Shown: piece by piece, positions 40,509 through 53,236 of the stretch | How positions within the stretch are numbered: the stretch's first letter is position 1 | Layout: every line of letters starts with the position of its first letter | Source of the DNA: the human T2T-CHM13v2.0 reference genome, Homo sapiens | Assembly: GCF_009914755.1 (NCBI RefSeq) | Contig: NC_060926.1 | Reading direction: 5' to 3' (one strand) | DNA length: 64,000 bases | Translations under genes and position numbers: made by a program | Notes under the pieces: model-generated | The model's input: only the letters and a program-made list of their open reading frames with translations | What the model was told of the DNA's origin: nothing | The model's database searches: none

Positions 40509-41054
40509 TCATGGTTTTTTTCCTGGTGGACTGACCCAAACCTTCATTCCTGAAGGGTCTGGGTCATTTGTAGTCCTGCCTGGATTGGGCTGTTGTAGTT
40601 TCCCACTGACCTTAATCAAAGGGCATGGTAATACTAAGAGATGCCCTAATAGATCTCCTGTATTCCACACATACTCTTCCTTACCTCCTTTGTGGTGTAG
40701 TAGACTGATTTCATCTTGATAGTTCAGGTTAATCACCCCAGCCAACACTGTAACTCCCTTCTTAGCCTGTTGACTTAAAGATTGGAGGAGCCCAAAGTGT
40801 CCAGGTGGCAATCTTAACTTCCAGTTTAATGGAATTGTTGTTGTGTCTCCTGGTGGCAGTGTTCCTCCCTCTGGAACTAATACCTCTAGGCCAGCAGAAT
40901 GCAATGTCACAGGAACAGGAAGGAAAAATTTTGCTAGTGGATTGCTAGGGGTGAGGGTGAGGGGTGCTACTTCCACTTCCACTTCTTGATTCCTGGAAAT
41001 CCTGGCTATGGGAGAAACAGTACCATATATTGGATGCTCATTCAGAGCGTACAT
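40509..41054 (-). pseudogene. HERV-L integrase C-terminus plus dUTPase remnant
   Basis: ORF with SAGLEVLVP, TTTIPLNWKLRLPPGHFGLL, GVINLNYQDEI (dUTPase motifs I-III, degenerate). Confidence 0.88.
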
Positions 41055-41075
41055 AGCCTTCTGGAGAACTTTGCC

Positions 41076-41700
41076 TCAGCCCTGCAAAGTATTGTCACCT
41101 AGTTGGCATTGAAATTGTGACTTCAAAAGGCCATTCCACCGTTCTATCAATCCAGCTGCTTCAGGATGATGGGGAACATGGTAAGACCAGTGAATTCCAC
41201 GAGTAAAAACCCACTTCCACACTTCTTTAGCTGTAAAGTGAGCTCCTTGGTCACAGGCAATGGTGTATGTAATACCATGACGGTGGATAAGGCATCCCTG
41301 AGTCCATGGATGGTAGTCTTGGCAGAAGCATTGCATGCAGGATAGGTAAGCCCATATCTGGAGTAAGTGTCTATTCCAGTGAGGACAAACCTCTGCCCTT
41401 TCCATGATGGAAGAGGTCCAATATAACCAACCTGCCACCAGGTGCCATATCCAGGACTCAATATTGGTGTCTGCTGCTGGCAACTTGGACACTCAGCAGT
41501 GGCCGTAGCCAGGTCAGCCTTAATGAGTGGAAGTCAATGTGGCTGAGCCCATGCATAACCTTCATTCCTGCCAGCATGGCCACTTTGTTCATGGGCCCAT
41601 TGGGTGATGACAGGGGTGGCTGGAGAAAGTGGCTGAGTGGTGTCCACAGAAAAGGTCATCCTATCCACTTGATTAGAAAAGTCTTCCTCTCCTGAGGTCA
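41076..41700 (-). pseudogene. HERV-L integrase remnant (frameshifted)
   Basis: WWQVGYIGPLP, LTGIDTYS, DQGAHFTA, HHPEAAGLIERWNGLLK spread over two frames. Confidence 0.9.
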
Positions 41701-41819
41701 CTCACTGGTGAGCACTCACATGGGATACAAATATGTTCAGTTTTCAATCACTCACAGAGGTTCATTCACATACCTCTTTCCCAAATTTCTTTGTCACCAA
41801 TTTTTCAATCATGCTTCTT

Positions 41820-42455
41820 TCAAGACCCTGACCATCCAGACAAACCACTGGCTACAGCCCGTGAATCAGTACGTAATCGCACCTCTGGCCATTTCTCCTT
41901 CCATGCAAAGTGCACAACCAGGTGCACTGCTTGAAGTTCTGCCCATGTGGAAGAGTTCCCTTCACGACTGTCCTTCAGGGATGTCCTAGAAAAGGGTTGT
42001 AGTGCTGCAGCTGTCCTCTTTTGGGTGGTGCCTCCACATCGTGCAGAACCATCTGTGAACCACACCCTAATCTTCTCTTCTTTTGTCAACTGATCATAGG
42101 GAACACCCCATGAGGCCATAGGTGCAGGCTGGGGGAGATAAGGCAGGGTGGCAGGAGCGGAGACCATGGGCATTTGAGCCACTTCCTCATGTAACTTACT
42201 TGAGCCTTCAGGACCTGCTCGAGCCCAATCACCTATATATCACTTCCATTTGATGATGGAATGCTGCTGTGCATGACCCACTTTATGGCTCAATGGGTCA
42301 GAAAGCACCCAGTTCATAATAGGCAGTTCAGGCCACATGGTGACTTGATGACCCATAGTCCAACATTCAGTTTCCACCAAAGCCCAGTAACAGGCCAAGA
42401 GCTGTCTCTCAAAAGGAGAGTAGTATCTGCAGAAGATGGCAGGGTCTTGCTTCAA
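41820..42455 (-). pseudogene. HERV-L RT connection / RNase H remnant
   Basis: YSPFERQLLACYWAL; WFTDGSA, WAELQAV, RTDS (RNase H D-E-D). Confidence 0.9.
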
Positions 42456-42499
42456 AATCCTGGAGGCTTCTGCTGTGATTCACCTATGAGGGCCTGCCA

Positions 42500-43618
42500 A
42501 AAGCTCCAAACAGCATCCTTATCTGACACTGACACCTCAAGCACCATTTAATCTGTTGGGTCATATGGCCCAAGTGGCAGAGCAGTTTGCACAGCAGCCT
42601 GGACTGTTACAGAGCCATCTCCTGTTTTGTACCTTACTCAAAACTAACAGCCATTCATGTCACTTGTTAAATGGGCCAGAGTAACACACCCAAATGAGGA
42701 ATGTGTTGCCTCAAAAATCCAAATAGGCTGACTAGGCATTGTGCCTCTTTCTTGATTATAGGAGGGGCCAAATGCAGCAACTTATCCTTCACCTTAGAAG
42801 GAATATCGACAGGCTCCACACCATTGGGCCCCTGGAAGTTTTACTGAGGTAGAAGGTCCTTGAATTGTAGTCAGATTTATTTCACATCCTCTGGCATAAA
42901 CCATTAAGTCCAGTGTGTTTGCTACTTCTTGCTCACTGGATCCAATCAGCGTAATGTCATCAGTGTAATGGACCAGCGTGATATCTTGTGGAAGTGAAAA
43001 GAGATCAAGGTCTCTCCGAATAAGATTATGACAAAAAGCCAGAGAGTTGATATACCCCTGAGGTAGGACAGTAAAGGTCTATTTCTGGCTTTGCCAACTG
43101 AAGGCAAATTGCTTCTGGTGGGCCTTATGGACAGAAATGGAGAAAAACATATTTTCCAAGTCAATGGCTGCATACCAGGTACTAGGAGGTGTGTTAATTT
43201 GCTCAAGCAATGAAATCACATCTGGTACAGGAGCTGCAACTGGAGTCACCACTTGGTTAAGCTTATGATAATCCACTGTAATTGTCCAAGATCCATCTTT
43301 CTTCTGCACAGGCCAAATGGGAGAGTTGAATGGGGATGTGGTGGGAATCACTACCCCTGTGTCTTTCAAGTCCTTGACAGTGGGACTAATCTCCACAATC
43401 CCTCCAGGGATGAGATATTGTTTTTGATTTACCATTTTTCTAGATAGGGGCAGCTCTAATGGCTTCCATTTGGCCTTTCCCGCTGTAACAGCCCTCACCT
43501 CACCAGTCAGGGAGCCAATGTCGGGGTTCTGCCAGTTTCTAAGTGTGTCCATGCCAATTATGCATGCTGGCACTAAGGAAATGACCACAGGATGACTCCG
43601 GGGACGCGCTGGACCCAC
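42500..43618 (-). pseudogene. HERV-L reverse transcriptase remnant
   Basis: [28 protein letters not shown]; YxDD motif as LVHYTDDI (YTDD at 42956-42967); frameshifts. Confidence 0.92.
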
Positions 43619-43624
43619 TATAAG

Positions 43625-43984
43625 TCAGATATGAGCTAAAACTCCATTAAGTACATGACCTCCATAAGGCCCTACTTTTACTGGAGGACTGCAAGGGCAT
43701 TTTGGGTCCCTGGGAATCAACGTCAGCTTAGAGCCAGTGTCCAGTAGTTCCCAAAATGTCTGATTATTTCCCTTTACCCATTGCACGGTTACCCTGGTAA
43801 AAGGCTGGAGGTCTTCTTGGGAAAGGATGGGAGAAAGATTTACTGCATAAATTGTCAGTAATGTAGTGGGGTCTTTCCTCAAGGGGGCCCAGCCTCCCCT
43901 GCATTCAAGGGGTTCTGGGTCTGTAAACTTGCTCAAGTCTGGCAATTGATTAAGAGGCCATGATTCTCTGTTTTTATAATTCAA
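43625..43984 (-). pseudogene. HERV-L aspartic protease remnant
   Basis: LLDTGSKLTLIP active-site motif. Confidence 0.88.
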
Positions 43985-43999
43985 ATTATTCTTTGTCCA

Positions 44000-45594
44000 T
44001 TTGACCTAGAAGTGTTCTGCTAGTAAAAATTAAATGGGAATGCAGTAGGCATCTTCTCAATTTCACTTCTAGGAGCAGCACCCTGATTAATTAGCCAATG
44101 CCAGAGTTCTACACAAGTTGGACTATTCTGATTGTCACTTTGCCTCTGGTGATCATTACAGTACTTATGCCCACCTTTGCCTTTGATGGTTGAGTGCTGC
44201 CACTTGGCCCTTGCAATCTCAGGATCCAATTATTCTCACTGTATTTAATTTTTTTAGTTGAGTGACTGAGGTTCCCACCGTTAGATCTGACATATACAGA
44301 AGAGCAATTACAGGGCTCTTCAAAGATGCAGGTGCTGCCCTCACAAATTATATTTCACAAGGCATTGGTCAAGGGTATATCTTCTGGACCCCCCCAGCTG
44401 GGATGAGTAGCTCTAAAGTGACTAATCCACTCCACCATCTCAATTTTCCTCAGCCTTTGGATCCCTTCCTCTACATTAAACCAAGGGAGATCAGAGATTT
44501 CCATCTCACTCACAGTGGGCCATCTTTTAATCCATATTTCAATTAATCAAGCACATAAACTATCAGAACCTTTTTTAACTCCCTGAGATGTAACATTAAA
44601 TGCAGAGTCCCTTCTTAATGGGCCCAAATTAATAAATTCAGCCTGATCCAACTCTATATTCCTTCCACCATTATCCCACACCCTTAATATCCATTCCCAT
44701 GTCTGTTCTCCTGATTTCTACTTATATAAATTAGAAAACTCAAGCAATTCTTTTCAAGTGTAGTGCACTTCCTCATGGGTCACACTCTCAACCTCACCTC
44801 AAAGGGCCTACCAGGACTTTAGTCTAGCTATAGATCTAGAAGCAAACAGGGGTGGTGGGGGTGGCTCCTGAGGAGAGTCAACATTATCTTACCTGGCAAC
44901 TGCCTCAGGGGAGGCCATCACTGTTGCCTCAGGCAGCACAGGCTTTATCTCCTCAGACAAAGGTGGAAAGATTGATGGGTAGGGGAGGGGATGTTGCCAC
45001 TACTGGGGATGGGGAAGCTGTTCCTTCCGGCAAAAAGGGTTCATCAGAGTTTACAAACTCAGTGTCCCCAGCTTCATCAGGGTCCTCCCACACATCCCCA
45101 TTCCAACTTTCAGGGTCCTATTCTTTTCCAGTCAATGCCCTCACTTTAACAGTAGACACCTGGGGAGGTGGAACATGCACCTTTTGTTGCAGGTCAGCCA
45201 CTCACATGATTAGAGCTTGTGTCTGTTTTCCCACAATTTCAGCTTTTTCTCTATAGGAGATAAGACTCTCAGTCAGAGCAATCTTTGCAGATTTGAGGCT
45301 CAGTATTTGCTTCTGAAGCCGGGAGACAGAATCCCTGAGTTCCTCATTTTCTTTCATCACTTTGTCCGCTGAACTTAGGAGCAACCAACCAGCTTCATTT
45401 TGTTCCTTGGTTCTCCACATATGGTCAAATGTATTATGTACAGAGTCACTAAACTCCTTGTCTCTCATGAGCGATGAATCAGGAGTGTCAAATGCATTTA
45501 TTTTGCATAACTCTCTAAACAGTTCAAGCCAAGGACTATCAGTGTTCTCCATACTATTAGAAGTAGAGTCCTTACCATTTTGGGATCTAATCAT
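44000..45594 (-). pseudogene. HERV-L gag remnant (disrupted)
   Basis: MIRSQNGKDSTSNSMENTDSPWLELFRELCKINAFD; LWHWLINQG; stops and frameshifts. Confidence 0.85.
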
Positions 45595-45663
45595 ATTAAG
45601 TAGCCAACTCCAGAAACCCCAAAACCAATGAAAGAACTCTATCCTTAATATTCTGTTCCTCTA

Positions 45664-45685
45664 GAACTACTCCTGGTACAAAATC
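45664..45685 (-). other. HERV-L primer-binding site (tRNA-Leu type, degenerate)
   Basis: Minus strand GATTTTGTACCAGGAGTAGTTC immediately 3' of the 5' LTR. Confidence 0.7.
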
Positions 45686-46129
45686 TGTATTAGTCAGGGT
45701 TCTCTAGAGGGATAGGACTAATCTAATGGAATATATATATATAAGTTGATTAAGTATTAACTCACACGATCACAAGGTCCCACAAAAGGCCATCATCTGC
45801 AGGTTGAAGAGCAAGGAGAGCCAGTATGAGTTCCAAAACTGAAGAACTTGGAGTCTGATGTTCAAGGGCAGGAAACAGCCAGCACAAGAGAAAGATGTAG
45901 GCTGGGAAGCTAGGTCAGTCTCTCTTTTCATATATTTCTGCCTTCTCGTATTCCATCCATGCTGGCAGTTGATTAGATTGTGCCCACCCAGATTAAGGGT
46001 GGGTCTGCCTTTCCCAGCCCACTGACTCAAATGTTAATATCCTTTGGCAACACCCTCACAGATACACCCAGGACCAATACTTTGTGTCCTTCAATCCAAT
46101 CAAGTTGACACTCAGTATTAACCACTGCA
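45686..46129 (-). mobile_element. HERV-L 5' LTR (MLT2A1-like)
   Basis: 444 bp, homologous to 39664-40100 (roughly 12% substitutions by eye). Confidence 0.93.
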
Positions 46130-46321
46130 AATGGTGCTCCCCATAAAAGATGTACATCTGAACCTGCACATGAGACTTTATTTAGAAAAAAGGTCATTGC
46201 CATTGTGATTATGTTAAAGATCTCAAGATGAGATCATCCTGGATTAGGGTGGGCCCTAAATCCAGTGCCAAGTGTTCTTACAAACAAGAGGAGAGAAGGC
46301 CATACGCAGATGGAGGCAGAG
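46130..46321 (+). mobile_element. MLT1C-like LTR, host of the provirus (its 5' end is at 39647-39663)
   Basis: TGTAGTGAATTGAATGG | AATGGTGCTCCCC...GAGATCATCCTGGATTAGGGTGGGCCCTAAATCCA...GATGGAGGCAGAG. Confidence 0.82.
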
Positions 46322-49076
46322 CTCCTTTCTGGTAAGACTGAGTGTTGGTGCTAAACTTGTTAGTATGACAGTGAAGGTCCTCCAGGATCCTGACTCTGCC
46401 TAAAATTTCAGGTGTGATTGCCACCTCACCTCCTCTTTCATCCTCATGCCCTGAGTGAAGAATCCCACAGTTTTCAGACAGTAGACTCTTCCCCATGTCC
46501 CTGTCATTGCACCTACTGTTTCCTCTGACTGCTGTGTCTTGCCTGGAGTCCCCCCTCATCCTTCAAAGTGGGGCCTGCAGGGCATCGCTTCTGTGGTGCA
46601 CCTGCTGTCTGTCTGCACACTTTCCCTCCTGGGCTGTGGATGCTTTGAGGGCAGGGGCTGATTGTTTTCTAGTTTGAATCTTCTGTCCTCACCCCAACAA
46701 CCTTACTGAACCTACTGGTAAAAATACTCTCAATGGAATCAGAGAATCCTACTGTAGCTGGAAGGAACTTCAAGACCATCCTGTTAACCCCCTTCATTTA
46801 TAGTGGTGGAGAGTGGGAATAAAAGTCCTGAGGCTAAGATAATTTAAGTCACTGGTTGTCATTTGCATCGCTGGTTGGCAATATTTTTGGGACTATCAGC
46901 CAATAGTCTTCACTTCCAGGTCATCACAGGGATCCTCACAGGGTTCAAACTAGCTCCTTAATCAGGCCTTTCAAAGAATATAATCTCCTGTTCCTGTCAT
47001 GTCATTTTGGGGAAATTTTCTCAGTAGCATTTTGTCCACAGACACCCCTGGGATCCTACATCCTACCAAGAACAGAGCCCTGTGTTCAGGGCCAGGCTCA
47101 GCCCTTTGTCCCTTCCTGAGCTGTGGACATGGCCACACGTGATGGAGCTGCAGAGAGAGGTGGGCATTGCAATCCTGTTCTTAGATAGGAACTGCCTTCT
47201 CTCCCGGGAGAACTCTGCTAGTTGGAGGAGCCGCTGTGGCCTATGCAATGGTCTTGTAAAGAGTTCAGGGCCCAGATGGATCCAGCAGATGCAGAGTGAT
47301 GGGACTTGGAAGGAGCCCTTCTTAAGTGTCCAGCGGCTGGCTTGTCTCCCTGAGTCCGAGCTGTGTCTTTGGTTAGAGTGAGTGTGGGTGGGGAGAGGGG
47401 GCGATCTACACCGCTTGGAGAATTGATGCAAACAGTAAGTAAAAACAACTGTGAAGGGAAACTGGTCCCACGACCCACACTGCTTCATAATCACATTTTT
47501 TTCGGCCTTTTGATTCTGGCTTCATCTCATCTGTTTGTTTTGGATGCTTCGTTGAAGCCAGCTACTCCTGAGAAATAGGAAATGACACTATGCAAACAGC
47601 TGAAGATGGGACAATCCCGAGTCATATTAAACATGGGATTTTCAAACAATTTCAACAGAAAAAAATCAGTGAACAAAGAAATAGGAAGACAAGATCTTCA
47701 AATATCCTCCACTGTTAGCCAGTGAAAATACAAACTGATTTACACATAAATTACATCTTGAGGATGTCTCTCCTGTGGATTTACGAAAAAAATAATTGTC
47801 ACCACCAATGGGGCTTATTTTTCCTCTGTTGATATTGTTGCCAGGCGGTGATCCTCATTTGCTGCCTCCTTTCTATCCTGTGGCCACGGCCCTAAGTCAG
47901 GCTGCATCGACTTCCGGCAAAGCTCCTACCTGTGAGTCTGGCTCTGGTCTGATCCCATGCAGCCTCCCAACCCATCTCTGCATCAGGGTGCAGCCATGCC
48001 ACTCTCCTAAGCTGTTTGATCCCTTCCTTCTCCAGCTGAAAGCCCCATGATGACCAGATAACTATCATTGCTCTGGGATAATGCAGAGCTACGGACCACT
48101 CCATACACCGGGTCTATGTGCTTCCTACCTCCCCGGCTCCTCCCTGCCTCTGTGGTATCTAACTCTTCTTTTAAAATCTAAGTCCCAGCTACCCCAATAC
48201 ATGTTCAGCCCTCCAAACCCCGACTCTCTCATGGCCATGCCTTTTTCCCACTGCCCTCCTACATGGATAGAGCCCTCATCCTCCTAGTGTCCTCCTGCAA
48301 TGCTTGGCTCACGTGTCAGTTGTTATATGAGTCTTCCTGACCGGCCCGAGTCTCTGTGGGAATTAGGTTGAGCCACTCCAGCCTCGGTGGACCCTCCTTA
48401 GACTGTCCTGTCACCTGTAGAGCCCTGTCACCCCTTTTTATGGACCTGTCTACCTGCTGGTCAGAGAATTCCAGAAGGCGGCATCAGCTCTGCCTGAGGC
48501 ACAGGACACCTGGCACAGATGAAGGGTTAAGTGGATATTTGTTGAATTTGTCAGAGAGCGAGAACAAATCTCAAGTGCGATGGTCCCTGCTCATTCCTCT
48601 CTCCAGCCCCTGCCTGCATGTGCCTCTTGTAGAGACAGCTGCAGGGCCCGCAGGCCAGAGCCCCTGGGTCAGAGCAACAACTGCCTTGTGTTTTCTCCAA
48701 AAATGAAGATTGCAAAATCCTCGTGGCCTCGAGTTCACAGCTGTGGAAAGAAACTTCACGAGGTGACGGTGGGGTCAAGGGGCCCGGGTGGGGACGTGGG
48801 GACCACAGGGCAGGAATGAGCACCCACGGAGAAATGCAGTCCCGACCCCTTCCACCCCTTCAGGTCTGGCTGTATAAACTCGGAGAGGAGGCTGCTCTTC
48901 TCAGCTTTTCCCACGTTTCAGTTTTCTCTACATCTGGTTATGTAGCAATGCCTTCTCATCCCCTGAGAGCTAGCACCCCAACATATTTACTGAACATCGG
49001 TCTGGGTTATTTGCGTGTCATCAAGCTCCAAGGGCATTCAAATGACCTTCTGGAGGATGCACAGTGCCTTGGGGAA

Positions 49077-49095
49077 CGGCGCCACCTGGTGGTCA
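49077..49095 (-). promoter_or_regulatory. CTCF consensus site
   Basis: Minus strand TGACCACCAGGTGGCGCCG matches CCASYAGRKGGCRS. Confidence 0.7.
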
Positions 49096-49719
49096 CTCGG
49101 AGTTAATAACCACATTCTAGGGCGAGGAAGCCTAGAGCATACTGGAGGGACCAGGTGGAGGCTCAGATTAAACAATTCCTGCTGCCGCTGACACATCTGT
49201 TCCATGGTGACAGAGCTGAGTGTGTGTCCCTGGCTAGAGGCAGTGATTGGACAAGGATGGTCAAAATGTATCCTTCTGGAATCTGAGCGCTGAAGGGTGG
49301 TTTAGAGACCAATACAATCCCAACCATTCATTTCTCAGATGGGCAAACTGCAGTCCAGAGGGGACAGAGGTTACCTAAGGTCTTTCAATAAATTAGTTGA
49401 AGAGATGGGGCAATAACACAGGTTTCTGGGCTCCTTGTCTGATACTCCTCCATTCTAGCACTTCAGAGCACCTCACGGTGATGTCCGTCCTTTATTTTAT
49501 TTTATTTTTTAATTTGAATTGCTGCTTTAGACGAAAAAGAAGGCCAACCCCCCGCTGCCATAAACATCTTCTTTCTCTTTCCTAAATTCATATCACTTGG
49601 TCCCGACACCAGTCTTCCTTCCTCCAGGAAGTTTTCCCTGAGCAGTTGGAAATCCTCCTTCGGAAGCTCCCAGGCAATCTACCCGATACTGATAGAGGGA
49701 CCGAAGTTGACTCTGGGAT

Positions 49720-50230
49720 ATGGTGTGCACAGACACAGCCTTGCCCCCAGCAGCTTACAGTCTAGTGGGGAGAGACAAGTGACAAACACACAGACAGACA
49801 GATAGATGCAGAAATGATGGATGGATAATTTCAGGTACTAACGAGGGCTTTGAAGATGATAAATAGGGCACTGTGATAAAGAATGGCTTGGAACGGAGCT
49901 ATGTCAGCTAGAGGGAACGGGAGGCTGGTCTGAAGAGGGCTTAGCTGTGGAGGACAGGCAGAAGGTGGTTATTATGAGGGGAGAGCACTCCAAACAAGAA
50001 GAACAGTAAGTGCAAAGGACCCAAGACTGGAATGAGGTTGGCAGGTCCAAGACACAGAGAAGGCTGGAGAGATAGCCGGCTAGCGGACAAGACAGAAGTC
50101 GAAGATGATGGGATCAGAAAAGACAGGGAAGGCTGGATCTGGAAGGACTAGTTGGGTTTGTATGCTGCTTGCAATGGGAGGTCATCAGTAGGCGTAGGCG
50201 GAGAGTGGCATGATCTTATGTATACCTTAA
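49720..50230 (-). mobile_element. L2 3' region
   Basis: CAGCTTACAGTCTAGTGGGGAGAGACA; GAACAGTAAGTGCAAAGGACCC. Confidence 0.78.
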
Positions 50231-50444
50231 GTGGTTCGCATGTGCACTAATGCTTAGGAACTCCTGATGTAATCCCTCGGCTCCTGCAGAAAGTCTTTTC
50301 TCACCCACCAAGTTAAGGAAGGTGTCCTTCATCCGACTCCTTGAGTTAACATCTTCATGCCTCCATCGCTGGGCCTACCACCTTGCTTTCGAATCAACTG
50401 TTTATATGTCTTTTTACTTCACTGGAAAGTAAGTCCAATATTCA

Positions 50445-50685
50445 GAGACACAGCAGTACAAAGTCAAGATCCAGAACAGACTGTTGAGATGCAAAAACTC
50501 GCTCTACCACTTCGTAGCAGTGTGGCTTTGGACAACTTATTCATTCAGCGTGTCTTTGCTTCACTTTCTTTATCCGAAAAATGGGGCTAACAGTATCTCC
50601 TGCATTGGACCGTTATTACAGTTAAATAATATATGAAAAAAATCTCATAAAAATGGCAGGCACTATGTAATTATAAATAATAGAT
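50445..50685 (+). mobile_element. MIR SINE
   Basis: CTCTACCACTTCGTAGCAGTGTGGCTTTGGACAACTTATT...AAAAATGGGGCTAACAGTA. Confidence 0.72.
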
Positions 50686-51599
50686 ATCATTTCTGGGTGT
50701 TTTCTCAGGCCTCCCATTAATAAGGTTGGTCCCAGAGTCTGTCAGGGCCTCTGGCTGTGGTGTGCATTGCTCATTGAATGGGGATATGGGACTACACAGG
50801 GAAGATTATTCCGGGATACAGTTTCTGGCCTTGGAAGAAAGAGTTGGCCTGCCAACAAATGTAAGAGGCAGGGATTGTTCTTAGCTTCATTTTATAGGCA
50901 AGCTCAGAAAGGGTAGTTTGCAAAGTGACCCAGGTATTAAGTATTAAATCCAGGATGCAAATATAGGTCTGTTTCACTCAACATCCAAGGTTGTTCTTTC
51001 TAGTTTTGTTTGTTTTAATTTGATTTTAACCCCACAGCACCATGCATGGGTAACAGCTGGCCTTAGAGCAAATGTATTGCCCTAAACGATCATACTGGTG
51101 TCCGAAATCCTGCCATCAGCCATCTGCCTTGTCCATATGAGGCCCAGCTTTCTGGTAGGGGACTAGGCTCTTGGGTGCAAAGGTGTGAGTTTTAAGCTCT
51201 AGGTGACAACACGATAAATATGGAACTACAATGTCTTTCTCAGACCCTGACCCCAAAATGGAGGTAACGATCCCCATTACCTTCCAAAGGGCTAAGCCCA
51301 CAGAAGCTATTAATGGTGTTCAAGCAGATTCTGGTGGCTACTCTCAGATCAGAAGAGGACCTGGGTACGCTAGCCTTTAAATTTTGAATGTGATGAGGAT
51401 AAACAGCAATAAAATGAAAGTGGCATTTGAAAAAGAAATATTTTCAGAAACAGATTGAAGACTGAAATTTGCATTGTAGTTGTGTCTATCAAGCTTTCCC
51501 TTATCGTGTTTAAATTAGAACTTGCTTATACTTTTTGAATTTATAATTTGCCCTCTTTCAAAATTGCAAGGATACAAACATAGGCAGGCTTGTGCTGGG

Positions 51600-51840
51600 A
51601 AGTAGCAGGGCCTGGTGGTCAAGAAGAGCACAGGACCCGGAGCTTAGAGGACTGGCTTTGATCCCCAGACTTCCATTCATAGATCTGGGACCTATATGAG
51701 TTCTTCAACTCTCTTTGCCCAATTCCTCTTTGTAAGATGAGAGTGACAGTGGTACCTGCCTCCTGGTGACTGGCACTGCTTAGAAGAACACTTGGCCCAT
51801 AATTTTGTTAGCGGTTATTGTTACTGTTGCTATTATTGCT
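51600..51840 (+). mobile_element. MIR SINE
   Basis: GTGGTCAAGAAGAGCACAGG...TGTAAGATGAGAGTGACAGTGGTACCTGCCTC. Confidence 0.7.
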
Positions 51841-51857
51841 CTAAAAAGTAATTTGAA

Positions 51858-52196
<339 letters not shown>

Positions 52197-53236
52197 TTAC
52201 TAAGAAAGAAAAGAACATTACACCAGGGCTAGTGACAAAAGAATTCTTGAAATAAAGTTCCACATTTGGTTTTATGTAAAAACAGAACCCACATGTAAAA
52301 CCAAGCAAAGCAAAGGAGAAGTACAGTACTTTACAAGGTTGTTATGATAAAGCACAATCTAGTTCGCTGGAAGAGTTGACTGCTGTCACAACAAAGTGAC
52401 CTTGAAATTCCAGAAGTAAAGCGTCTGCCTTCAGCTGTCCTTGCCCATGTTGCTTCTGATTTTTCATTATTTGGGTTGGTGTCTTTCCCTTCAAAATCCA
52501 GCACAAGGCTGCCCCATCTCCCTGCCTCCAGTGCCATGGTCCCGCCACTGTCCCCCCTCCCCGGGATTGCTTCCCTGAGCCTCAGTCTCCTAGGTGGTCT
52601 CCCTGTTTCCACACTTGCCCCTCCGCAGTTTCTTCTCCACCCAGGAGATGAGTAAACGCCCAGGTCCTTCCAGGTCGCTAGAGCCCTGTGAGATGTGACT
52701 CTGGGCACTTCTCTGATTTCTCACATCTCCTTCCTCACTGCATTCCCACCATCCTGTGCCCTCAGTAAGGCTTATGAACCTCTGCAAACAAGTGGGTCCA
52801 AGGGCTTCCTGGGAGCTGTAATAATTTGCTCCTTCCCTTTCCCTTTCCTAACATTTCCTCTTGTTTTCTTCTCTTCTCTCTCTGTGGTTTTTATTCCTCA
52901 GTTACTAAATTACTGATTGTGTTTCTCAACCAAAGTGGAGTTCGGTTCTCTTGGTATAGCAAATGGACACACCCATTCCCCTCTGAATTAAAAGCACATT
53001 TCATAGACACGATTCAGAGGGACCCTTACAGAAAGGTTAAAGCTTGTTAAAAATAGTTTCTAAACAAGTCAGTTATGAGCTTTATATTTTTATTTCAATG
53101 AATTTGCTGCAAGAGTAGAAAATTCTTAGTCCTACAAAAGTTTATTAGAAAATTACTCAACAATTTTGTCAGAAATTCTAATTTCTTCCAAGAAGAAAGA
53201 TACAAATAACTTTATATAAAAACATTCTTTCCCAGA

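Larger units (their letters stand above)
39664..46129 (-). mobile_element. Full-length HERV-L (ERVL) provirus, LTR-gag-pol-dUTPase-LTR, env-less, defective
   Basis: Two homologous LTRs, TSD AATGG (39659-39663 and 46130-46134), PBS, PPT, and recognisable gag/PR/RT/RH/IN/dUTPase peptides. Confidence 0.97.
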
